From: the human T2T-CHM13v2.0 reference genome, Homo sapiens
Length of the DNA: 64,000 nt
Strand: one strand, 5' to 3'
NCBI RefSeq assembly: GCF_009914755.1
Contig: NC_060934.1
This document shows positions 12,267 through 23,070 of the stretch, piece by piece. Every line of letters starts with the position of its first letter. Position 1 is the first letter of the stretch. The notes beneath the pieces were generated by a model. That model was given only the letters and a program-made list of their open reading frames with translations, had not been told where the DNA came from and did not search any database. Made by a program: the position numbers and the translations under genes.

Positions 12267-12700
12267 GTGCGTGTGTGTGACTATGAGAGTGTGTGAGGGT
12301 GTATTTGGGCATGAGTGTGCTGTGTGCATGTGTATATGTGTGTGCGCACATGTGCATGTGTGCATATGTGTGCATGCATGTGCATATGTGTGCATGTGTG
12401 CATGTGCATGTGTGTGCATGTCTGCATGTGTGCATGTGTGTGCGTATGTGTGCATGTGAGTGCATGTGCATGTGTGTGCATGTCTGCATGTGTGAATGTG
12501 TGTGCATGTCTGCGTGTGTGCATGTGTGTGCATGTGCATGTGTGTGTGCATGCATGTATGCATGTGTGTGCAAGTCTGCTTGTGTGCGTGTGTGTGCATG
12601 CGTGTGTGTATGCATGTGCGTGTGTGTGAATGCACGTGTGTGTGCATGCGTGTGTGTATGCATGTGCGTGTGTGTGAATGCACGTGTGTGCGTATGTGTA
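12267..12700. repeat. Long (TG)n/(TGCA)n alternating purine-pyrimidine tract
   Basis: GTGTGCATGTGTGCATG... over about 430 bp. Confidence 0.97.
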
Positions 12701-13878
12701 AGACTTTGGAGGACAAGGGGTTGACATGAGAGTCATGAGAAACCAGCCTGCTGGGGCCAGCGGAGCCCATGAGGGAGCTAAGAGGGAGCTCCCTCCCCAC
12801 ACAGGCCGATGGGCAGAGGCCCAAGCCCTGGTCAGCCCCTTGGCTTCCTCCCCTCACTCCAGGGAGCCAGTCTTTCCACCCAGGAAGGCTGTCAGCTCCA
12901 CAACAACCCCAGGGCTGTGTACCCAACAAGCTCCACCCAGGTGGCCTCCCAGGAGCCCACAGAGCAGATGAGATTCTCCCTGGAGCGGAACACATGAGCA
13001 GAGTGGCCAGCACCTGCTCCTCCACAGAGCAAAAGGGACATGCTGCTTCCGGAGGCCCAGCCCTGGCCCCGGAGAGCAGAGAGGGACGTATGGAAAGAAT
13101 GAGGCCTCGGCTTGCCTGCTGGGGCATGAAAAGAAATCACAAGGCAACAAAACAAAAGAAACAAGGCTGGGGTGCTGCTTCCATTTCACAGGAAGAGGCC
13201 TCAGAGGAGCCGTGACCCAGGGGCCCCACGTCAGGGTCACCTTCAGTGCGCAGGTGGCTTTGCTCCCGCCCACCCTCCCCCAGCCCTGGAGACTCCCATC
13301 CAGGAAAGAGGCGGCCGGACTTCAGGAGCCCCACAGCCAGCGCCAGCCCTCTCTGCTTAACTGGGACATGCCCAGCTTCCCTCAGCAGCTGGCTCGCCCT
13401 GCGCTGACCTGCAGGGCCATCTTTAAGTCCACATCCCTCTACTGAAGAGGGACAAGTGGCTCCCTGCCCTCAGTGAAATCCAAAGTCATCAGTGTTGAGA
13501 CCACAGGGCTGTGAATGGCAGCTGCCCTGTCAAAAGCATTCGAAGCAAGCGGCTGCGGAGAATCCTCCCTGAAAAATCTGTGGGAAAACCATGGCCGCAA
13601 AGTCTCACCACCCCGCACGGCACCATAAAAATACACCTAGGGTATTTTTCAACGTGAATGAATCAGAAGTGGTCCCTGCGGCTGCCTATCAATTACTGTC
13701 TGGCTGGGACCAGGCATCTGTGCTCCCCTTAGTAGTCGCTGCGTGGCTGGTGGTAGGACCCGGAGACCGGAGGCTGCGGGAGGAAGCCCAAGGCCCTTAA
13801 CCTGGTCAGGACATCAGGGTGTTAGACGCCCTCTGCCCTGACAGGGAATCACTTCCCAAGCCAGTCACCGTGTATGGC

Positions 13879-14350
13879 TGTATTCGTACCTTACAGCCGC
13901 TGTGACAAATCCTCACAAACGGGGAGGCTCTAGCAGCACAGTTACCATCCAACAGCTCTGGAGATCCCACACCTGGCCTGGACCTCACTGGACTAAAATC
14001 AGGGTCTCAGAAAAGCTGTGTTCCTTTCCGAGGCTCCAGGACACATCCGCTTCCTCACCCTTTCCGGCTTCCGTGGGCATCTGCCTTCCCTGGCTGGTGG
14101 CCCCTAGGCCGTCTCAGAGCTGGCGGTGCAGCACCACTCTGGCCTCCACTGGCTCTGGCCTCCTCTCCTGCCTCCCTCTTCTGTGTTCATGGGCCCTGCG
14201 AAGACATCAGCTTCCCTGGGTAACCAGGAGGCTCTCCCCACACGCAGGTCAGCAGTGAGCAGCTGTAACTCTCCTTGATCATGTAACCCTCATACCCCCA
14301 GGCCCTGGGGCATTCAATGGGGACATCTTTGGGGCATTCTCCTGCCTGCA
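13879..14350 (-). mobile_element. MaLR LTR (MLT1D/E-like)
   Basis: TGTATT...GCTGTGACAAATCCTCACAAAC...CTCACTGGACTAAAATCAGGGT...GGACATCTTTGGGGCATT matches the reverse-strand MLT1 layout. Confidence 0.75.
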
Positions 14351-15321
14351 TGTCGGAGCCTGGCATGTAGAGATGCTTGGGAAATAGTCATCCATGAGAT
14401 GAATTTGCAGAGTTGTACCAATGAGGATAAAGGCTCAGAGGAGCCACGTGATGGCTGGTGATTACAGCTATCAGGTGAGACAACCAGGACTTGCACAGAC
14501 ATTGCAAGCTCACGTTATCAATTGCAGGATGTCTCTTCAGGAAGAAATGAACCCACATAAAGAAAACTTGTCACTTTTTAATTGGGAGATTATTCTGTCC
14601 ACAAAATAATAGCTACCAGAGTATAGGCTTCAAAGTTACATCTTGAACTTGTGGTCAGGAGGGGGCAGGGCATTCACACTTCATTTTCTTCTCTGCTCCA
14701 GACACATGGCAGGCGCTGAAAAAAGCCATGAAGGATGTAGCCTGGTGTCCGCTAATGACAAGCACAGCACTACGGGTGGCCAAAGACCCCGGCCTGTGGA
14801 CCTCAGGTCTGGTAATGGGCAGCAGGGCCAGCGGGCTGCTTCTGAACGGTGGAGAGACTGAAACTGCCCATACAGGGTGGAGGAACCCCAGCCAGGTGCC
14901 CAGCATGAAGGGACCCTGCCCCCTCAATAAAGCTGCCAGACCTCCATGAGGACTTCAGCACCCTGAACCCACAAGCCAGGGTAGGCAGGAGGCCCTGAAC
15001 CTCAGGGTTCAGTAGTGAGTCAATCCCCTGACAACCATGGCTCCATCTGGGAGACACCCCATGCTCCAGTGGGACAGAAGTCCAACCACTGCCATGAGAC
15101 AGGGCCTTTAGGCAGGAGGCAACTGCAAAGCCGCTAGAAAGAAGTGCAGCAGGAATGGAGGGAGGGCAAGAAAGAGAAACGGACTAACAACAAAACAAAA
15201 CAGAGCAAAACTCCTCCCACTGACAATGAGTCTGCAAACAATAAGACTCCAGCTGAGAGGAAACCTGATGCTGAGACCCTGAGGACAGCTTATCCTTCAG
15301 CAGCATCCTGGCACCCACCAC

Positions 15322-15591
15322 CGAAACAGAGAAGCACTGAAGCACTGAAACACCAAAACACTGAACAGAGAAACACCGAAACACTGAAACACCGAAACAG
15401 AGAAACACTGAAACACCAAAACACCAAACAGAGAAACACCAAAACACTGAAACACCGAAACAGAGAAACATCGAACAGAGAAACACCAAAACACTGAAAC
15501 ACTGAAACAGAGAAACACCGAAACAGAGAAACACCAAACAGAGAAACACCGAAACAGAGAAACACCGAACAGAGAAACACCGAAACAGAGA
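15322..15591. repeat. 8-bp unit tandem repeat (GAAACACC/GAAACACT/GAAACAGA)
   Basis: About 33 units visible directly. Confidence 0.95.
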
Positions 15592-16082
15592 AAAGGTGAG
15601 ATATTTTGAACCTATTTCAAATCCATGGGCCAGCACAGTGGCAATGCCTGGACAGGCCCTGAAAGGGAGGTGAAAGCAGAGCCTGGGGGTGCACCCAGCC
15701 AACAGCACTTACCCCACAGGTACACGCCACACCTCAGAGCCCCCGAGCACTGTGGGGAGAAGAAGATGGGGCCCAGCACTCACCCACAGCAGGGAAACAC
15801 AGGAGACCCCTAGATGAATCTGGGACCATCTGTGGGCTATGCCCAGTGTAAGAGTGAACAACAAATAAACCGATCACTCAGAAGGGGGCAGAAAGAAAAT
15901 TTACCTGTCTCAACCCTGGAATTATGTAAAGGGAAAAACGTAATCTCATCTTGTAGTCGTAACAGCAAATGGGTCCTCAAACAGGTTTGTGATCAATGAG
16001 GCTACCCTGTGTGACCCCGAAAACCTCAGGATAAACTTTAAAGTAGTTCCAGATATAGATGGCCCAAGTAACCTCAAAAGTT

Positions 16083-16253
16083 GAAAGAGAGAGAAAGGAA
16101 GAAGAAGGAGGAAGAGGAATAAGAAGAAATGGAAAGAAGGAGGAAGGAAAGGGAAGGGAAGGGGAGAGAAGGGGAGGGGAGGGGAGGAAAGGAAAGGGGA
16201 GGGGAGGGGAGGGGATGGGAGGGGAGGGAAAAGGAGGGAGAAATGGAGAAAAA
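16083..16253. repeat. Polypurine GA-rich low-complexity tract
   Basis: GGAAG/GGGGA runs, nearly all purine. Confidence 0.95.
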
Positions 16254-17148
16254 GTCCTCTCAACTTCAACCCAGGTCTCAAAGAACTCCCAGTTCAAAGG
16301 AAGATGAGTTCCCCACACAACATACACAAGGAACAAAGGTGCCATGAGTGTAAGTGAGTGGGAAAAACAGAAAAGCAAAAATAGATTCAGTAAGACCATA
16401 GATATTGGAAACACCAGACATATAACATTAATATAATATTAACATTTTAACATGTTTTAAAAATTGGAAGGAAGTTTCAAAAGGAAGATTAAATGTATTA
16501 GTAAGAAACAAGATATTTGAAAAATAAAACTTCTGGTAAAATATGAGTGAAAAGCAGCAGACTAGCTGGAGTTTGAGAGAAACTTGGTAAGATGTGTCAG
16601 AAGATGTTATCAGGGATGCAGTCCAGAGACAAAGAGATGGAAAGTATGAAAGTGATGGAAAACATTAAGACATGGAAGATAAGATGAATTAGGTCTCACA
16701 TTAATCTATTTGAATTTCAAAAGGGAGTAGAGAGAAAAATGAGAAGGAGGCAGTATTTAAAGAGATAACAGCTAATAATGTTCAAAAAACAAAAAGACAC
16801 TAAACCTCAGATCCTAAAATCCGCCCCCTCAACTTTCAAGCAGGATGAATATTATAAAATCCACACCAAAATGCATTATTTGAAACTAAAAAACATCAAA
16901 GACAATGAAAACAATCTTAAAAGCATCTAGAAATAGCTGGGGGTGGCGGGGGAGGGACTGTTGCGTACAAAAGAAAAACAGATTAACTGCTGACTTCTCA
17001 ATAGCAAAATGCAAGTTAAGACAGTTGAACATCTTCAAAGTTCCAAGACAAATAGTTTTCAACCTAGAATTCTACACCAATGCTAGAAGTCTCTAGAATG
17101 AAGATGAAACAAAGATATTTCAGGAAGATAGCACTAAGTTTGTCACCA

Positions 17149-17606
17149 TGCAAATTAGCTTTGCTACAGCACAAACCACCCCAGAGCTTCACGGTGTAAA
17201 CCCTCATGCTCCTGAGAGTTCACTGGGCTGTGGACAGAGGGGCCAAGCTGACTTCTGCTCTCCCCTGCACCTGCTCCTGAGAGTTCGCTGGGCTGCGGAT
17301 GGAGGGGCCAAGCTGACTTTTGCTCTCCCCTGTTCCTGCGGTCAGCTGGCATCTGGTCAGCTGCTGGGTGACCCAGGATGGCCCCCTTTCCACACCCGCT
17401 GCTGCCTGGGACCTGAACGCTCCTGTTCAGGTTCATGCACAAGGTGGCCCAGGGTCCAAAGCAGGAGGAGAGCAAGCCCCCCTCCACCGCCACAGGCAAG
17501 CACCTCACACACATCTGCCAGTATCCCCTTTCCAAGCCAGCTCCAAGGGGTGGAGAAGCAGGCTTGGTAGGGGAAGAATGTATGGGCAGTTTTGCAGCCT
17601 ACCACA
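17149..17606 (-). mobile_element. Old MaLR LTR (MLT1-type) inserted in L1M
   Basis: TG...CA termini with exact 5-bp TSD CACCA (17144-17148 and 17607-17611); ends ...GCAGTTTTGCAGCCTACCACA; L1 text resumes after it. Confidence 0.75.
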
Positions 17607-18639
17607 CACCAAGAGACCCCAGGCAAAGGAAATTCTAAAGAATGCAGTTTGGGCAGAAGGGAAGGACCTCAGACGGAAGGTCCGTGATGCAAGAAGAGTG
17701 AAGATGGTGGGAACTCATGGCATTGAAACAAACATTGACTCATTACAAACAAGGCCTGCTCTGCGGGAGTCGGTGGGGAAAGAATCCCGGACAAAGATGC
17801 AAGAGGTTCAGAAATAGACGATCAGAATTTCAGCACTGAAAGATCTATGGTTGTTCAAAAAGGAGGATGAAAGCATTGGCACTCCGGGACTAGATGAATT
17901 ATATATATGTTAAAATATCTAGGACATCTGCTAAGAATAGGTGTTTAATGTCTACCATCCAAACGAGTAGAGAGAAAGAAGTGGAAAAAGAAAAAGAACA
18001 CTTGCGGAGAACCAAAAGCATTTTTACTCCCATGTGACTCTTGGTGAGTGAGGCTGCATCTCTGAACAACAGAAACCTCTTCCTCAGAATGGCTGTGGCA
18101 GCCCTGCCCCCTCAGAGTGCAAAGAAGAGGAAAGGGAACTCATCCCGGGGGCTGGCAGGAGTGCACACATAGCAAACAGGGGCAGGATGAGGCTCTCTTC
18201 AAAAAGAAGAAGACAGCACACAAAACCATCAGTCTGAACATAAATGTTAGAAAACTGTCTAACAAACACTTTAAAACCCCACCATCTTAGCCATAGCTTT
18301 TCATATTTCAACATCTCTGAAGTCTGGACATATCTTTCCATAAACAACATGACCTTGTTTAATCGGCAGCATTGTTTCTTTCTAAAGAGCACACAAATGG
18401 CTGGTGCATCATATAAGCAATGGAATTTTAGAGTAAATGAAAGGCAGTAGATATCATGATGAATAGGAAGTGCTCGGCATCCCAGCTGCTGCGGAATGAC
18501 AGCAGGGAGCCCCTCACTTCTCTTGCTGCCCCTGCTCTCCCCAGTGCCCCCAGTCAGCAGAGTCCGACACGGAGCTGCTGGCGATGACCACTGGGGAAGT
18601 CTCGTGCAGACCCTAGCCCTGGCATCAAAGGGCTTGTAC

Positions 18640-19660
18640 TGAAGTGTAAGTAAATGTCAAAGAAATAAGTCAAGGCCCAGTGAGGAATTTTGAAACAGAA
18701 CAGGCAGAAATAAAACAAGAAGAGGTAAATGTGAAAAAAAAAAAATCCAACCACAAATCTCGGAGATTGCAAAATGCAGTTCCTGAAATAAAGAAATAAT
18801 CCAACCAATATGATATATCCCAGACTGGAAAGATTTGAGAGGAGAGTTTGTGAATTGGAAAATGTTGATGAGGAATTCATTCACAACACGGTACAGAAAA
18901 ACCGTAAAATTAGAAGTGTGAAAGAAACTTGGAAGAGAGATCGAAATGATCCAGTGTTCACCTACTAGGAGTTCCAGAAGAAGAGAATTATGAAAACTCA
19001 GCATCTGAACAGATAGTGGCAATATTTTTCAAAAACTGAAGGAATGCAAGTCTAAGTTGAAAGCAGGTTACATAAAAAATAAATTTAAAGGTAAACACAA
19101 GGAGTGAAACCGAGGGTTAGCTGTACACGAAATATTTTACAGCTGTGGGCTGAGGTTGGATTCCGCAGGAGCAGGCCCCAAGAGAATTAAATGCTGGTCC
19201 AGGAGGGGACAGAGGCTGTGCAGGAGTGTGATGTGGACAAATCGCATGGTTCTGAAGACAGTGCGGGTGACACCTCTGGGCGGTCCTAACTGGGGCTGCC
19301 CCTGCAGCACATGCCTTCTCAGGCCTTTGTGGACATCTGTGTGCTGCAGAGCGGGCTCCTGCAACCTGACAGCAGCCATCCAGCAAGGAGGTTCAGTTCC
19401 TGCCTGCCGGGAGCTTGAGAGCAGGAGCATAGAAAAGAAGTCAAGGGAACATAGACAGATGGCATCAGCTCTGCCACCAAAGAGCCAAGCAGGGCCTGTG
19501 ATGGGACAGCAGCTGGACAGGCTGCAGACCCCATCGAAGTAGCAACGGTCACCATGGAACTTTCCTCCTACCCACTGCAGCATAGGGAGCATAAAGAAGA
19601 CAGTTCCACCACTCACCCTCACAAGAGAACCACCAAAGGATGTGCTTCAACAAGAAAAGT
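18640..19660 (+). mobile_element. Degenerate L1M/HAL1 ORF1-like fragment
   Basis: GTGAATTGGAAAATG..., CTACTAGGAGTTCCAGAAGAAGAGAAT motifs typical of old L1 ORF1; boundaries approximate. Confidence 0.55.
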
Positions 19661-20407
19661 GGTGACTGTAGGAACAGTAATGAAGCATTGCTAAATTAAG
19701 AAGTAGAATCAGAGTTCCAAATCAACAATGATAAAATTGGAGGAACCTGTGGCCATGGTCAGGGAAGAGACATTGAGTAGCCAGGACCTTGGTCTGAGCC
19801 ACGAGAGGGACGGGTTCCCAGACATGCCTTCTCTCCAGTGGTCCTCAGAACCCACTACACATCTAACATTTATTGAGCACCTCTCTCTGGCAGGATCTGC
19901 ACCAGATTCTGGGCTACCAAGACCAATGAGGCATTGCCTCGCGCTCAAGCCGGTTACCATCCCTGCTGTGGGAAGAAGGATTGATAGGCAAGCCTTAAAG
20001 CCTCAGGTAAGAATTCTAACCTAAGTTATGATGAAAGTATCCACACAAAAAGATCGACCTTGCAGACATCCCTTTTACCTCTTGCAACCCCCTTCAGGTA
20101 GGCTTGACCCTTCCTGGTGGCAGGCAGGGCCCTCCTCCGATCAGTGGCCAGCAGGATCATGATGAAGCCATTTCGCACCCCCGCTCTGCCTCTCACAGCT
20201 GAGCAACATTGGACCCGTTACTTACCCTGTCTGTACCTCAGTTTCTTCACCTATTAAACCAAACTGTCATACCCCATACGGTTGAGGGGAGGATTAAAGT
20301 GCAGTCATGAGTCGCTTAATGATGAGGATACATTCCAAGAAATGCATCCCTGGGTGACCTCATCGCTTTGTGAACAATGCAGAGTGCACCTGTGCACACC
20401 TGGACAG

Positions 20408-20592
20408 CACGGCCCACAACACAGCAGCCTGCATGACACAGCCCACGGCACACCAGCCTGCACGATACGGCCCACGGCACAGCATCCTGCACGACGCAGC
20501 CCACGGCACAGCAGCCTGCAAGACGCGGTCCACGACACAGCAGCCTGCACGACACGGTCCATGGCACACCAGCCTGCATGACACGGCCCACA
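20408..20592. repeat. 29-bp VNTR (~6.3 copies) inside Tigger3
   Basis: Unit CACGGCCCACGGCACAGCAGCCTGCACGA. Confidence 0.9.
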
Positions 20593-20747
20593 GCTCCTAA
20601 AACAGCAACAAACCTGTCCAGCAGAGGACTGTACTGAGTACCGTAGGCAATTGTAACACAGTGTTGTTTGTGTGTTTAAGCATATCTAAATATAGAAAAG
20701 GGACAGTTAAAATAAGGTTAAAAACCTTTTTTTAAAAGGGCATACCT

Positions 20748-21039
20748 CGGGTGTGGTGGCTTACGCCTGTAATCCCAGCACTTTGGGAGGCCAAAGCGAG
20801 TGGATCACCTGAGGTCAGGAGTTCGAGACCAGCCTGAACACGGTGAAACCCCACCTCTACTAAAAATACAAAAATTAGCTGGGTGTGGTGGCACATGCCT
20901 GTAGTCCCAGCTACTTAGAAGGCTGAGGCAGGAGAATTTGCTTGAGTCCATGAGGCGGAGGTTGCAGTGAGCCAAGATTGCACCACTGCACTCCAGCTTG
21001 GGTGACCGAGCCAGAGTCTATCTCAAAAAAAAAACAAAA
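20748..21039 (+). mobile_element. AluS element inserted in Tigger3
   Basis: Dimeric Alu with poly(A); TSD AAAAGGGCATACCT / AAAAGGTCAGACCT. Confidence 0.97.
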
Positions 21040-22810
21040 TTTAAAAGGTCAGACCTGTATAGGGCACTTATCATGAATGAAGTTCACAGGACTGGAAGCC
21101 ACTCTGGGTGAGTCGGTGAGTGTGTGGTGCATGAATGCGGAAGGCCTAGGACATTCCTGTACACCACAGCAGGCTTTCTAAATACTGTGCTGCTGAATTT
21201 ATTTTAAAGTCTTTTTCTTTCCTCAATAATAAATTAACCTTAGCTTACTGTCACTTCTTGATGTATAAACTTTTAATTGTTTTAAGCTTTTTTACTCCTT
21301 TGTAATAACACTTAGCTGAAAACGCACATTGTACAGCTGTACAAAAATATGCCTTCTTTATATCCTTATTCTATAAGCTTTCTTCTACTTTTATTTATTT
21401 ATTTATTTTTTACTCTTTCAACTTTTTTGCTTAAAACGAAGACACAAACACACACATTAGTTTAGACTACACAGGGTCAGGAGCATCCCAGTGTCACGAG
21501 GTCATAGGAACAGTTCAGCTGCACTGGGGTCTCATGGGAGCCCCACCGTACATGCCATCCGAGGGACAGAAGCACCTTTATGTGGGGCGTGACTGTAACT
21601 CATATACGTGAAGCTCTCACGACAGTGCCTGTAAGCACATAAGGTGCTTATTTTTCATGTGTTTCATCATTATTATTAGACTATTAGAATATGCCGTGAC
21701 TATTAGAACATCATAGATAAAACGCTGCTGGCCTGGAAACGCTGCTTCTGTCCAGCTCTCATCTAACGTTCGACCTACTCCATTGGGCTCTAATACACTC
21801 CTAGCTCATGGCACTCAGAATCACTAGTGAAGGAATGTGATTTAGACAACTTCCCCTTTCTCCTGCCCCTCCTGCCAAATATCCAAGTCCTTGTCTTTAT
21901 CTTGATGATCAAGGCAGCTGTGCAACCCCTACATACATGGGCTGTGGGCCCTTCCCCAAACACAATCGTTATTTGTATGGAACTATATATACATATATGT
22001 GTTTCACAGCACACTACTATTGACCTTGTCATAATAAAGTCCTTGTTTTGCTTCAGGTCCCATCGGATCCATCCATCAATAATCTATTGTCTTTTTAAAG
22101 GTTCACACTCCAGCATTATAAAGTGCTCATCTGGAAATTAGTCATTTCAATCATCTGATTTCATTCAGATCCACGCCTTAGGCCCCTGACGGAACTCGTG
22201 CCCAGCACTTCACATGGCAGAAACAAGGTCACTCGTAAATTACAGACGTTCCCTCTTGCCCCTAGCTCTGCTCTGCCAGTCTTCCACCCTCAGAAGGCCT
22301 CAGGCTTGTGACCAAATAAAAAAATAAATGCAAATGCATTCCTAGCTCTTTTGACTGTCAAGGGTTAGATTACCTTTGGAATTCTCCTGTAGCTTGGGCG
22401 AGCTCCCTGGGGTGCAGCCTCAGCTCTTCTGACTCAAGTCATAGAGGGTGCCCCAAATCCATCTGCACTCCATCCTAACTTTAGCGTGCTTCTTACTTTT
22501 TGGTAAATATACTAAACGGCAAGAAAGATATCCAACGCTGGAGATGACAAAAGCCAACATCTGATATCAAAATCATCTTTTTAAAAAAACAAACTGTATT
22601 TGGTTCTTCTTTAAGAAAATCATTGTGATAGACCAATGCTGCAACTGTTCACATATACAGGGATCCTCCATGTCCCCACTGCCTACTGGGGACCGCCAGC
22701 CCTGCTGGCTGACTCCTGGTGATAGGAGGGGGCTCTCTGGAGGCCACCTCCCTCCACAGCACTGCACAGTCGCTGGGAGGACCCCTTCCTGCTAACTGGA
22801 CCCTGTCCCT

Positions 22811-23070
22811 TTGACCAATCTTGACCACCCTTGACTACCCTTGACCACTCTAGACCACTCTTGAATGCCCTTGACCATTATTGACCACCCTTAACTACCC
22901 TTGACCACTCTAGACCACCCTTGAACACCCTTTATTATTATTGACCACGCTTGACTGCCCTTAACTACCCTTGACCACCCTTGACTACCTTTGACCCCTC
23001 TGGACCATCCTTGAACAACCTTGACTATTATTAACCACCCTTAACTACCCTTGATCACCCTTGATCATCA
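22811..23070. repeat. 10-bp tandem repeat (TTGACCACCC), 26 in-phase units
   Basis: Units stay in register with no indels. Confidence 0.95.

Larger units (their letters stand above)
15830..18000 (+). mobile_element. Ancient L1M 5'/ORF1-region fragment, interrupted by a polypurine tract and an MLT LTR
   Basis: A-rich ORF1-like text (AGAGACAAAGAGATGGAAAG...GAGGCAGTATTTAAAGAGATAACAGCT...AACCTAGAATTCTACACC); many stops. Confidence 0.65.
20302..21595 (+). mobile_element. Tigger3 (Golem/MER7)-family TcMar DNA transposon deletion derivative
   Basis: TIR start CAGTCATGAGTCGCTTAATGATG, end ...GGCGTGACTG followed by TA; internal AAACCTGT..CAG..ACTGTACTGAGTACCGTAGGCAATTGTAACACA matches recalled Tigger3. 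Confidence 0.85.
20195..21680 (+). mobile_element. MIR SINE split by Tigger3 (pieces ~20195-20301 and ~21596-21680)
   Basis: TTACTTACCCTGTCTGTACCTCAGTTTCTTCACCTATTAAA...GAGGATTAAA, then after the transposon ATACGTGAAGCTCTCACGACAGTGCCTG. Confidence 0.7.

Noticed and set aside
12099-13127. His/Thr- and Cys/Val-rich ORFs
   Set aside because: Artefacts of the (TG/CA)n tract.
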